This document shows positions 18,200 through 26,986 of a stretch of DNA of 36,325 bases, in pieces (position 1 is the stretch's first letter; each line of letters opens with the position of its first letter). The translations under genes and the position numbers were made by a program. The notes under the pieces were generated by a model. It was not told the DNA's origin. It saw only the letters and a list, made by a program, of their open reading frames with translations, and did not search any database. This DNA comes from a virus (taxonomy: Duplodnaviria > Heunggongvirae > Uroviricota > Caudoviricetes), in the IMG/VR virus record IMGVR_UViG_2711768053_000014, positions 1-36,325 of that record, one strand, 5' to 3'.

Positions 18200-19156
18200 T
18201 TACTCCTGTTTCGGTTTAGCGGCGAGGAACTCTTCCCCGGTAATACCCATGCTGCGACACATCGCCAGTTCGGCATCGGTCAGTGTCTGCGCGGGTTTAT
18301 CCTTGCCCTGGCTGGGCTTGTCGTTGTTCACCAGCGGCTGTGCACCTTTTGTGTACTCCGCAAACTGTTTGCGACCTTCTTCCGTGCGGCAGGTGGCAAG
18401 GAACATGTCACGGTTTGCCGGGGCCACTTTTCCGGCTTCGATGGCCGCATCCACAAGCGCTTCTGCTTCCTTCTCTTCCAGTTGCTGAAGGCGTTGTTCT
18501 GCGATTTGGGCACGGTTCAGTGCCAGATTGTGGGTTTCCACCGGCACAAACTTCGTCAGGTCAGGTGTCTGTGCGCGGTTCATCGCCACCTGCTCGCTCT
18601 CCTGAAGTTGTTTAATGGCCGCCACGGTATCGTCCACCGTGGCAGATTCAGCCAGCCCAAGCAGGCCGGTGATTTGCACAGGTACTGTCATCGGGTTTTT
18701 CTCCGTATTCAGTGCAGGAAAATCCAGGTTAGGTTTGTTGGTCAGCCCGACGCTGGACAGGCGCGTCACCACACCCTCCGCGTCATGGAAAAACGCCGGG
18801 CTGTAATAGCGGTAGCGGCGCTCACTCAGCACCCACCGGGCGGACGCGTTCCAGACAACACGGCCTTCAATGGTGCCGCCATCCGTCACCCGCAGTTCTT
18901 CCACCCAGCCATACGCCGGAGCATCTTCACCACGCGGGCCTTTAATTTCGGTGGCATGTTCAATGTCCACCGGAATTTTGATGTCGGACGAGCGGGCAAC
19001 CACCTCATGCGGATTGCGGTTAATCCACGTCCGGCCATCACGCCCGGTGAACTCACCCGCAGGAACTAGTTCAAGCCATTCCGGCAGTTGAGCGGGTGTC
19101 AGCTCAGTGATGGGTTCTGGCAGGGAAAAACACAGCGCCAGCAGTTCCGGTTGCAT
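18200..19156 (-). CDS. I: Head maturation protease/scaffold protein I
   Basis: 318-aa ORF with a coiled-coil Ala/Glu/Gln-rich C-terminal half (scaffold-like), directly upstream of the major head gene, as Mu I/Z. Confidence 0.75.
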   Translation of the reverse strand: MQPELLALCFSLPEPITELTPAQLPEWLELVPAGEFTGRDGRTWINRNPHEVVARSSDIKIPVDIEHATEIKGPRGEDAPAYGWVEELRVTDGGTIEGRVVWNASARWVLSERRYRYYSPAFFHDAEGVVTRLSSVGLTNKPNLDFPALNTEKNPMTVPVQITGLLGLAESATVDDTVAAIKQLQESEQVAMNRAQTPDLTKFVPVETHNLALNRAQIAEQRLQQLEEKEAEALVDAAIEAGKVAPANRDMFLATCRTEEGRKQFAEYTKGAQPLVNNDKPSQGKDKPAQTLTDAELAMCRSMGITGEEFLAAKPKQE

Positions 19157-19202
19157 GTCAGTCTCCGTCGTTTGGGGTTACCGACGGTCAGTATGCGGAA
19201 GG

Positions 19203-19232
19203 CAGAAAAAAAGCCGGATTTACCGGCTTCAC
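19203..19232 (-). terminator. Rho-independent terminator-like hairpin (minus strand) between F and I
   Basis: Plus strand AAAAAAAGCCGGATTTACCGGCTTCA; on the minus-strand transcript this is a GC stem (AAGCCGG/CCGGCUU) with loop UAAAU followed by U7. Coordinates ±2. Confidence 0.6.
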
Positions 19233-19369
19233 TGAAAACGGGAAGAATACCCCTTCAAAACCCCTTCAAAAACGCCACAGCGCCTTCAAAAAAGTCAGAA
19301 TGCACATTCACGCCATCAGAATAAAAAACGCGTTTCTGATGCGTTTCAGGGGGATTTGCGGCGGGAGGG

Positions 19370-20191
19370 TTACTCACTGTCAAAACGGGCCTGTTTTGTC
19401 GCCAGCTGGCGCGCCAGCGCCTGCTCACGGTTTATGCCGGGATTGTAGTTCCAGCCCGGATCAATCCCTTCCGGCACATCTTCCTCTTCGCCCGTGCGTT
19501 TGTTCACCCAGCGGACAGTTCTGATTTCCGGCGCTTCGGTATGAATGGTGCCCTGTGCCGCCAGTTGCGCATACTCACCACGGCTGACCTGACGAATGGT
19601 GCATTTGCAGCCCCAGCCGTTAGGGGCAAAATGTGTCTGCCAGAACGGGTGATCTACCGGCAGACACAGACGCGCCCATTTCACATGCTCCGCCCGGTGC
19701 TCGCGGGATGGCCCCAGCTCGTAAATCAGATACGGCATGGCCCGCTTTGTCCGTTGAATGCGTTCCCACTGGCCCGCCGCGCGGGCAGTGCGCATGTTGG
19801 TGTCAAAAATCGTGCGGAGGCGGCGGTCGCTGCCCAGTTGCACGGTGCGGGTTTCACCCGTCAGCGGATCATCCATCTCCTGTATGCCCCACCATCCGCG
19901 TTTTATCAGCAGTGGTTGCAGCGCCTCCCGGAACTCACTGAACGTCTGCCCGCTTTGCAGGGCGTCTTCCACAAGGGCTTTCACATCCGACAACAAATCC
20001 AGTTGCAGCATTTTTGCCACGGTGAAGCTGTTCCGGTGTTCTTCCCGCCACACATCCCGGTAATCAAAACCGGGGCGCAGCTTCTTCGCCTTCAGCCACG
20101 CCAGCGCCTCTTTCGGGATGAGGGTTTCACGCATGACCGGTATCTCCCAGCGCACGGGCCTTAAAGCACACCTCCGCCAGTTGCAGGGCAA
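19370..20191 (-). CDS. F: Head morphogenesis protein F (Mu F-like)
   Basis: 273-aa ORF immediately downstream of the portal gene; an alternative start at the internal Met (~20134) would reduce overlap with the portal gene. Confidence 0.7.
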   Translation of the reverse strand: MPCNWRRCALRPVRWEIPVMRETLIPKEALAWLKAKKLRPGFDYRDVWREEHRNSFTVAKMLQLDLLSDVKALVEDALQSGQTFSEFREALQPLLIKRGWWGIQEMDDPLTGETRTVQLGSDRRLRTIFDTNMRTARAAGQWERIQRTKRAMPYLIYELGPSREHRAEHVKWARLCLPVDHPFWQTHFAPNGWGCKCTIRQVSRGEYAQLAAQGTIHTEAPEIRTVRWVNKRTGEEEDVPEGIDPGWNYNPGINREQALARQLATKQARFDSE

Positions 20192-21698
20192 AGTCGTCCG
20201 CGTTCAGCGTTTCCTGAAGCTCTGGCAGGCGTTTCAGAAAGTCATCAAAACTGTCGCATTCCTGCGCCAGTGTCAGCACCGGGTTCGTGAACGCCTCGCC
20301 GGTTTTCTGCCAGTCACGCAGGGCATCATCCACCATCTGTGCCAGTTCATCGGGGTGTTCCCGGTTCAGGGCGACGCGCTCGCGGTTCATCGCCACATCA
20401 CCTGACATTCCGGCAGACACCGGATGCAGAACATCAGCCCCGTCGTCCGGTTCAGCCAGGCCGAACCGGTCCCGCAGCTCCGATTCCTGAACCCGCATCC
20501 CCCGGTCAATCAGCGGCACCAGAGCATCTGTCAGCGCCTTCAGATCTTCCGCTTCACTGATACGCAGAACAACACGGGGGTAGTGTTCCTGTGGCCCGTA
20601 GTTGGCCTCGATGTAGGGCCGCACCAGATATTCATTCAGCGTGTTAGCCAGCTGCCGCGCGTCCCAGCGCACAATGTCCATGCGCACCTGATTGTGCACG
20701 TCCGCCTGTGAACGCGAACTGCCGTTATCCGTGGTCATGGTCTGCCCCAGCACAGCCTTACTGATTTGCGCATCACACCATTCCGCCATTTCACGGAACA
20801 GTGCGCCGCCGTTATTCCGGCTGGCGGTTTCCTGCATCTCCAGTTGCATGGACTGCGGAATGGCACACCCGGCATCCGAGGCAATGGACGCAATCGCATC
20901 AATCAGCACGCGGATTTGCTCCTCCGTGGCGTTGGGGCCGTATTTCCCCACCGTGACCGGAATGCCGAATTTTTCCGCAAATGCCCACCAGTCGCGCACG
21001 GTAAAGGATTTCAGCATGTACATCACCGCCACCAGACGGGCCAGACCGTTACGCAGCGGCAGACCGGATTTCAGGCGCGGCTGGTGAACAATGAATTTTC
21101 CCGGTGTCAGCGGTACGCCATCCACCGGTTCATCGTCAGTCAGCAGGCGGAACTGGCGCAGCGTGGGTTTTTCGGCTTTCAGAAAACGGGGATCAACCCA
21201 CTCATAATCACGGGGCACCCAGTGGTTGTTGCGGGTGTTCCACAAAATTTCACAGACCGCCACGCCTTTTCCCAGCCCGTCGAGCAGATCAAACATCAGC
21301 TCAGGGATTTGCGGTGCCTCCATCAGTGCACGGATGGCGTCCGCCAGTTGCACGTCAGCATCGTCATCACTGGCGGCCACCACCACCGGTTCGATACCCG
21401 CCACCGTCAGCTTGCGGGTGCGCAGTACCGAGGCGTAATGCAAATCGCGTTCTTCCATCTCTTCAGCAAGGATAAAAAAATCACGCGTGATGCCGTCAGT
21501 AGCATTGCGCAGAATGCCTGCCAGCCTGCCGGGGTTCAGCCCGGAGGCGACGCTGATACCCGGCGAGGCCGAACGCACACCGGCATGACGCGGGCGGGCC
21601 TGTACTTCGTTGAGCGCCTCTTTTTTCAGCGTGTCTTCCTCACCGGTTGCCGGGTTCAGCAGACGGCGAACGGCCCCGGCCAGTTGTTTCAGGTTCAC
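20127..21698 (-). CDS. H: Portal protein (Mu H / gp29-like)
   Basis: 523-aa ORF directly downstream of the large terminase with a 4-nt overlap; size and order match a Mu-type portal. Confidence 0.8.
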   Translation of the reverse strand: MNLKQLAGAVRRLLNPATGEEDTLKKEALNEVQARPRHAGVRSASPGISVASGLNPGRLAGILRNATDGITRDFFILAEEMEERDLHYASVLRTRKLTVAGIEPVVVAASDDDADVQLADAIRALMEAPQIPELMFDLLDGLGKGVAVCEILWNTRNNHWVPRDYEWVDPRFLKAEKPTLRQFRLLTDDEPVDGVPLTPGKFIVHQPRLKSGLPLRNGLARLVAVMYMLKSFTVRDWWAFAEKFGIPVTVGKYGPNATEEQIRVLIDAIASIASDAGCAIPQSMQLEMQETASRNNGGALFREMAEWCDAQISKAVLGQTMTTDNGSSRSQADVHNQVRMDIVRWDARQLANTLNEYLVRPYIEANYGPQEHYPRVVLRISEAEDLKALTDALVPLIDRGMRVQESELRDRFGLAEPDDGADVLHPVSAGMSGDVAMNRERVALNREHPDELAQMVDDALRDWQKTGEAFTNPVLTLAQECDSFDDFLKRLPELQETLNADDFALQLAEVCFKARALGDTGHA

Positions 21699-23230
21699 AG
21701 TAAACCTCCCTCATTTTTCAGGCCGCGCGTCAGCTTCATCTGGCGGCGCGCGTTGCGTTCTTCCGGTTTCGCCGGGCGGTTCAGACGGTGCAGTTCGTAA
21801 CGGTGGCAGTCATCTTTACTGGCAAGGAAGCCCAGGAAAATGGCCACAGCGGCGTCGCCGTGACGTTTGTGACCGTCGCTGCCTTTGGTTCGTGAATCAT
21901 CAATGCCGGGAACGCCACGCAGTAACTGAATGGCCCCGAGGTCATTGATCACGTCTTCATGCTTCGGAAGGATCAACTCATCATCTTCAAACGCCGCACG
22001 GAAACGGGGCATGTTTTCGCGGTAGAACGCCACGGACAGCATCACCTGTTCCACTTCATCGCCGTACCGCTCTGCCGCCTGTTCTGCCAGATACTGACCA
22101 TTCCCCCGCGCATCCATTTTGATACCGTCACGACGGGGCAGACGATCGCAAAGCCAGAAAAGCACCTGCTCCTGCTGTTTAAACGGCACATTGGCAAGCT
22201 CAACCAGGAACGGCACCTCGCGGGTGGTGTCATCGTTCACCGTCACAGGGGCCAGTACGGTCAGGTCACCCGAACGCGCAAAGTCTTCTCCCAGACAGTG
22301 GCGCAGGTTCTTCGGGAGTTTTTCCAGCTCAGGGCGCACCACCGTTTCCAGCCATTCACGGATATCTGCCCGGCGCTGGCTTTCCGTCAGTGCGTTAAAT
22401 TCCGGTGTGCCGGTAAAGCGCAACACTTTTCCGGTGCCGCGGGCCGCACGTTCACGCAGTGAGCGGGGGATATACGTGCCGCCGCCGTTTTTCGGGACGC
22501 AGTAATATTCCTCCAGTGCGTCTTCGCGGGTGGCGGTATTTCGCAGCAGGCCTTCTTTCCATTCCGCCTCGGCTTCCGGTGACCACACCATGCCGCGCAC
22601 CTGACAGATACGTCGGTACAGCCCGTCATTGCAGGCGTCGTCCAGCGTGATGGTGTGAATGCTGTAATCTTTTTTGCCAGCCCGGCTTTCCTGAATCAGC
22701 TGGTTAAACAGGTTGTCCACGCCGTCATGGGTGGAGATAAGGCGAATTTTGCCGCCCCATGTTTTCAGCGGCAGCACAGCCTTCAGCAGTTCGTCCAGTT
22801 TTTCATGGAACGCGGCTTCGTCGATGGTGACATTCCCCTGCATCCCGCGAATGTTGCTCGGGTTGCTGGACAGTGCCTTGACCTTAAAGCCGCTGGCGAA
22901 ATACACGACGAACGTCAGAATGTCCTTGTCTTCGTCGGTGATCACTTCCTCGCAGATTTCTTCCGCTGCCGCATTAAACGCTTTCGCCCACATTGCCACG
23001 GCGTCGATAAATTCGCGGGCCATCTCCTTATTCGAACCGATATAAAAGTGATCGCGTCCGCCGTCTTCCTTCTTCAGTGATGCCGTCAGTGCTGCATCTG
23101 CCGCTTCAGCCCAGGTTAAACCGGTACGGCGGGATTTCTCGGCGATTTTCAGGTCGGCATCATCCGCCACCCAGCGTTTCTGATACGGCAGCAGAACATC
23201 GTATTCACTGAATGTGTTCATCTGTGTCAT
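21695..23230 (-). CDS. Terminase large subunit (Mu gp28-like)
   Basis: 511-aa ORF upstream of the portal gene, coupled to the upstream gp27-like ORF by an ATGA overlap; acidic motifs consistent with terminase nuclease/ATPase. Confidence 0.8.
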   Translation of the reverse strand: MTQMNTFSEYDVLLPYQKRWVADDADLKIAEKSRRTGLTWAEAADAALTASLKKEDGGRDHFYIGSNKEMAREFIDAVAMWAKAFNAAAEEICEEVITDEDKDILTFVVYFASGFKVKALSSNPSNIRGMQGNVTIDEAAFHEKLDELLKAVLPLKTWGGKIRLISTHDGVDNLFNQLIQESRAGKKDYSIHTITLDDACNDGLYRRICQVRGMVWSPEAEAEWKEGLLRNTATREDALEEYYCVPKNGGGTYIPRSLRERAARGTGKVLRFTGTPEFNALTESQRRADIREWLETVVRPELEKLPKNLRHCLGEDFARSGDLTVLAPVTVNDDTTREVPFLVELANVPFKQQEQVLFWLCDRLPRRDGIKMDARGNGQYLAEQAAERYGDEVEQVMLSVAFYRENMPRFRAAFEDDELILPKHEDVINDLGAIQLLRGVPGIDDSRTKGSDGHKRHGDAAVAIFLGFLASKDDCHRYELHRLNRPAKPEERNARRQMKLTRGLKNEGGLL

Positions 23231-23829
23231 GCGCTAATCCCCAGAATTTCACGTTTGATGGTGTCAGCCGCACCACCTGACAGACCGCCCGTTCTGACCA
23301 GTTCTTCGGTTTTCTCTGCCATCTCCTGCGCAAACGCATCGCGGATCGCTTTCTCGCGTTTATGGCTGGTCATGGCTGCCGCTTCCAGACGCTGGGCAAC
23401 CAGCGCCAGTTGGCCCAGCGCCTTCGGTGCAACAGGTTTGTCGTCTTCTGCCATCGACATGGACGTTTCAAAGGCCAGCGTTTTTACAAACTCCATCAGC
23501 AGCTTGCCGACGTCTGACGTCGGCGCGGACCCCAGCTTTGCCGCCCAGACTTCGGCCATTTCGCGGGAGGCGCGGATTTTTGCCCCGACTTTTTCCATGC
23601 GGATGGCGTAGCGGTTTAAGCCCGTCCGGCTTAACTGCATCTCTTCCGGCAGGTTGTGTTCATCAATCAGGGCATTGATGGCTTCGCGGATTTCTTCCTG
23701 CGTGTGCCGCTTTTCCCGCAGCATCTGATGCAACTGCTCCCGGATGCTGTCCGGGAGTAAATCCACTTTGGAAAGACGGCCACGGGTGGGGCGTTGTTCA
23801 TTTTCCATGAGTGCCCTCCTGTTGCTCAC
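23227..23829 (-). CDS. Putative terminase small subunit / DNA-binding protein (Mu gp27-like)
   Basis: 200-aa ORF immediately upstream of and overlapping the large terminase start. Confidence 0.55.
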   Translation of the reverse strand: MSNRRALMENEQRPTRGRLSKVDLLPDSIREQLHQMLREKRHTQEEIREAINALIDEHNLPEEMQLSRTGLNRYAIRMEKVGAKIRASREMAEVWAAKLGSAPTSDVGKLLMEFVKTLAFETSMSMAEDDKPVAPKALGQLALVAQRLEAAAMTSHKREKAIRDAFAQEMAEKTEELVRTGGLSGGAADTIKREILGISA

Positions 23830-23945
23830 TACGCTGTAAACTTTCGTATGCAGATTTCAGCGCGCCACTCTGGATTTCACGCCATGTCAGGTTGTGCGCC
23901 AGACGGCGAAGTTCATCACGGGACGCTTTACTTATCGGATTCTTT

Positions 23946-24245
23946 TTACGGTTCACGACGGCCCCCGTCTTCAGTTCCCGGTGTTTTCAGACCGGCGTAT
24001 ATTTCTTCGCGAACGGAGCGGATATCCTTACCCAGCAGCTTCCACAGCCGCGCACATGCCGGTGATGAACGCAGGGCACGTTTCATGGGGGTATCCGGTG
24101 CATCCGGGTTCCAGGGCTTTCCGGTCTGTTGTTCGTATGCACGGACAATGGCGTTTTGCTCAATATCTGCCAGCACAAGACAGTACGCCAGTTGCCGCAC
24201 GACGGCCCGTTCTCCGCGACTTAACGGCTTCAGTTTTCGGGCCAT
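23946..24245 (-). CDS. Hypothetical protein
   Basis: 99-aa ORF on the gene strand between the lysis and terminase regions; no recognisable motif. Confidence 0.35.
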   Translation of the reverse strand: MARKLKPLSRGERAVVRQLAYCLVLADIEQNAIVRAYEQQTGKPWNPDAPDTPMKRALRSSPACARLWKLLGKDIRSVREEIYAGLKTPGTEDGGRREP

Positions 24246-24247
24246 GC

Positions 24248-24541
24248 TCAGTCCCTCGCACGGGGTTTTTTAACGCCCGGAACGCTGGACAGGCCGTTTG
24301 CCACATCCTCACCGCTGCCGGTGATTTCAGCCACGTAACAGCCGCCCACATCAGACAGACGAACCAGCCCCTGCTCGCGCAGCCATGCAAGCTGGGTGCG
24401 CACCACATCACGGGATACCTTATGACCGTAGGCCTGAAGGCAGGTCTGCAACACGGATTCATTCGCGCTGTCGCCACAGTCCAGCAGGGAACGCAGCAAC
24501 ACAAGACGACGGTCTTCAGTGAGGATCTCTTTCATCGCCAT
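24248..24541 (-). CDS. Hypothetical protein, possible winged-helix fold
   Basis: 97-aa ORF on the gene strand; a competing overlapping ORF (24160..24504) looks spurious. Confidence 0.4.
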   Translation of the reverse strand: MAMKEILTEDRRLVLLRSLLDCGDSANESVLQTCLQAYGHKVSRDVVRTQLAWLREQGLVRLSDVGGCYVAEITGSGEDVANGLSSVPGVKKPRARD

Positions 24542-24846
24542 TATTTTTTTTCCTTTAACTCGTTCTCTAATAACAAATCGCTGATGCGGGATACCTGGCG
24601 GATGGATGGCCCCAGTTCTTTGATTTCTCCCCGCAGGTTGCTGATATCCAGTTGCAGGCGGTGGAACTCATCACGGTCGGGTAAATGGTGTACCTGGCTT
24701 TCCATCACCGACACGCGGGAACGGAGTGAATCAAACTCTTCACGTTTGACGTAGGTTTTCGCCAGAATCAGCTGAAGCAGGTTTATTCCTGTCATCAGCA
24801 ATGCCCACAGAATGGGCCAGTTGGCTCTGATCATTTCCCAGGACAC
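24541..24846 (-). CDS. Membrane-anchored coiled-coil protein, possible i-spanin (Rz-like)
   Basis: N-terminal hydrophobic segment (WPILWALLMTGINLLQLIL) followed by a charged coiled-coil region; lies in the lysis region. Confidence 0.4.
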   Translation of the reverse strand: MSWEMIRANWPILWALLMTGINLLQLILAKTYVKREEFDSLRSRVSVMESQVHHLPDRDEFHRLQLDISNLRGEIKELGPSIRQVSRISDLLLENELKEKK

Positions 24847-25058
24847 GTTTTCCTCCTGCGTTCCCGCATCTGCTGACAGTCAATACAGGTCACCACATCC
24901 GGCAGCGCCGCAAGGCGCTGTGCCGGAATAACGTTCCCGCAGTCATTGCAGAAGCCCCAGCTGTGGGGCGTTTCTTTTGTCCGTGTCTGCCAGGCTTTAA
25001 CGACGCTCTGACGCTCGTTCAGAACCACTTCACTGATGCGATCGATTTCGTCGGTCAT
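24831..25058 (-). CDS. TraR/DksA-family C4 zinc-finger protein
   Basis: 75-aa ORF with CNDCG...(17 aa)...CIDC, the typical spacing of phage TraR-like proteins. Confidence 0.65.
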   Translation of the reverse strand: MTDEIDRISEVVLNERQSVVKAWQTRTKETPHSWGFCNDCGNVIPAQRLAALPDVVTCIDCQQMRERRRKTCPGK

Positions 25059-25813
25059 TTCGGCCCCGCAGACATTTTGTGACGGCTTGATTTGCTGTAA
25101 CGGGCAAAGCCGTCAAGGGTTCTTACACCGAGATAGCCCAGCGCCGGGGTAAGCAACATCAGCGTGATATCCCAGTCCGGTGATGGCATATGCAGCGTGA
25201 TACTTCTGGCACCGGCAATGGCTCCGGCAATCTGGCCGCAGGAGAGCAACAGCACATAGGCCAGACTGCTGTAACAGGAAAGGCGGGCCAGCAGCGGGCG
25301 TGTCTGGCGCACATAGCTGTCCGTGGCGTTGTCACCATTGCGGATGGTTTCCTGCTGTTCGTGGTGTGCGGCCTGCTGGTCAGCCAGCACCAGCTTCTGC
25401 CGTTCCACCTCCAGCTGTTGCAGCTGAACTTTCAGGGTTTCCAGTTGCACCAGTTGCTCCGGTGACAGCATCACCAGTTTTTGTTCCAGAATGCGTTGCT
25501 GTTCAGCAACGGGAAGGCTTTCCCGGACGCTTTCCACCATACCGGCCACCGAGTCAGCGGCGGCAGATGTACTGCCACCAAACCAGCGCCCGACGGAACG
25601 AATCAGCCCCGGCCCGGCTTTCAGCAGAACAGAGGCGATGCCTGAAAGGGTTAACGGATCCACGGGAAACCTCCATACAGATAACGCTGAAGACAGAGCA
25701 GACCGCCGCAACTGCCACCACACAGCCAGAACACCGGATGCACCGGTGACATCATCATCAGCGTGCTGAAGACGCAGCAGAAATACCCCAGCGCCCAGAC
25801 CACCCATGACCAC
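25055..25813 (-). CDS. Membrane protein, possible holin/lysis-associated (start uncertain)
   Basis: ORF track 25055..25813; the N-terminal part overlaps the upstream membrane ORF, so the real start is probably internal (~25663 alt start or Met at ~25540); coiled-coil middle and two C-terminal hydrophobic segments. Confidence 0.4.
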   Translation of the reverse strand: MVMGGLGAGVFLLRLQHADDDVTGASGVLAVWWQLRRSALSSALSVWRFPVDPLTLSGIASVLLKAGPGLIRSVGRWFGGSTSAAADSVAGMVESVRESLPVAEQQRILEQKLVMLSPEQLVQLETLKVQLQQLEVERQKLVLADQQAAHHEQQETIRNGDNATDSYVRQTRPLLARLSCYSSLAYVLLLSCGQIAGAIAGARSITLHMPSPDWDITLMLLTPALGYLGVRTLDGFARYSKSSRHKMSAGPK

Positions 25814-26076
25814 ACGATGATGTGGCGACCAAAAGCCCGGTAACGGACCTCAGGCAGCAGGCGAAATGGCACATTCCCGAGGCTTGCGCTGTATGAAAAC
25901 AACACCACCCCGGCAAAGGACAACAACATCAATACGAACGATCGCCAGCCACATAACATGCTGATGATGAATATGCAGAGTGTCAGTCCGGCCAGCGGCC
26001 ATGGCGTTCTCATCAGTCGGGAACAAATCAGCCAGTCACACAGTTTTAAAATTTTGTTCATTACCTTTTTCCACAT
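25651..26076 (-). CDS. Multi-pass membrane protein, possible holin
   Basis: ORF track 25651..26247; from the internal Mets (26076/26061) it encodes ~135-140 aa with about four hydrophobic helices; downstream of the endolysin. Confidence 0.45.
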   Translation of the reverse strand: MWKKVMNKILKLCDWLICSRLMRTPWPLAGLTLCIFIISMLCGWRSFVLMLLSFAGVVLFSYSASLGNVPFRLLPEVRYRAFGRHIIVWSWVVWALGYFCCVFSTLMMMSPVHPVFWLCGGSCGGLLCLQRYLYGGFPWIR

Positions 26077-26287
26077 TGAATTTTTCCCTGTACTTCTGGC
26101 ACTGCCAGAAAATGTCCCGTGTATCCACGGAGTTCCAGCCACGCATGTAGTAGCTGGCGTGTGTGCCGTCATGGCCGGTATAGTCCAGCGGTTTCGGGGG
26201 CGGGCCTCCGGCCATGCGGTGCAGAACCTCCTGACGCAGGCGGTCACGCCGCCCGGCTTTCAGTGAGGCATCCCAGCCTTTGCCCAT
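26036..26287 (-). CDS. Small hypothetical protein downstream of endolysin
   Basis: 83-aa ORF starting 2 nt after the endolysin stop; no recognisable motif. Confidence 0.3.
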   Translation of the reverse strand: MGKGWDASLKAGRRDRLRQEVLHRMAGGPPPKPLDYTGHDGTHASYYMRGWNSVDTRDIFWQCQKYREKFNVEKGNEQNFKTV

Positions 26288-26288
26288 A

Positions 26289-26885
26289 TCACCCCCGCGT
26301 GGCGGACATGATGCCCAGAGGGGTATCGATGATTTCCAGACAGGCGTCGGTCAGTTTTTCCATGCGGTTAAACCAGCCGTTCAGGTATTTACCCTGGGCG
26401 GGTTTTGACTTGATGATGTCGGCATAAAAGCGGGAACGACGGACAATGCAGCGGGCCAGCAACCAGTCCGGGGTGGACAGACTCACGGCCTTACGGGTAC
26501 GCGGGCCGATGATGCCGTCAGCATCCACATCAGCGGCTTCCTGCAAAATTCTGATGGCTTTTTTAACGCCATGCTGAACCGCTGCATCGAAAACAAACAT
26601 CGCCACGCCATCAGGCCACTGGTCACATCCGGCAGGCAGCCAGTAATCGCGCCAGTAAATCTGCGCGACCTGTTCGCGGGTTAAATCTTTGATGCGGGTA
26701 TCCGGTTTGCCGTCACCGTTGACATCGGTTTTGCCGTCAATCACACCGTCGCGGCGGTCAGAAATGCCGTATTTGGTTTCGCCGCCACGGTCAGTGGGGT
26801 CATTGACATAGACGCCTTCGATATCAGGACGCAGAATGAAATTCAGCGCATGTTCAAAGGCCGGGGAGAATTTTTGATTTTCCAT
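26289..26885 (-). CDS. Endolysin, GH108-type muramidase with PG-binding domain
   Basis: N-terminal motif ...PDIEGVYVNDPTDRGGETKYGIS... resembles the GH108 EGGY...PGGxT.YGI signature and the C-terminal ...DADGIIGPRTRKAV... resembles a peptidoglycan-binding domain (from memory); no signal peptide or SAR segment. Confidence 0.75.
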   Translation of the reverse strand: MENQKFSPAFEHALNFILRPDIEGVYVNDPTDRGGETKYGISDRRDGVIDGKTDVNGDGKPDTRIKDLTREQVAQIYWRDYWLPAGCDQWPDGVAMFVFDAAVQHGVKKAIRILQEAADVDADGIIGPRTRKAVSLSTPDWLLARCIVRRSRFYADIIKSKPAQGKYLNGWFNRMEKLTDACLEIIDTPLGIMSATRG

Positions 26886-26940
26886 AAAAGCACCTGTGAA
26901 GCAGATTTAAACGTGGTCTGCTTCATGGTGCCGGAGGCAT

Positions 26941-26968
26941 AAAAAAAGCCGGATTTACCGGCTTCATT
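26941..26968 (-). terminator. Rho-independent terminator-like hairpin (minus strand) after the mor operon
   Basis: Plus strand AAAAAAAGCCGGATTTACCGGCTTCA, identical to the element at ~19205..19230; on the minus strand a stem-loop followed by U7, about 20 nt past the stop of the 26987..27484 ORF. Confidence 0.6.
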
Positions 26969-26986
26969 GAATATCAGGTTATTGAC

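Noticed and set aside
24160-24504. 114-aa minus-strand ORF overlapping the 24248..24541 ORF in another frame.
   Set aside because: Cys/Trp/Arg-rich translation with no start context; the co-located 97-aa frame is the more plausible gene.
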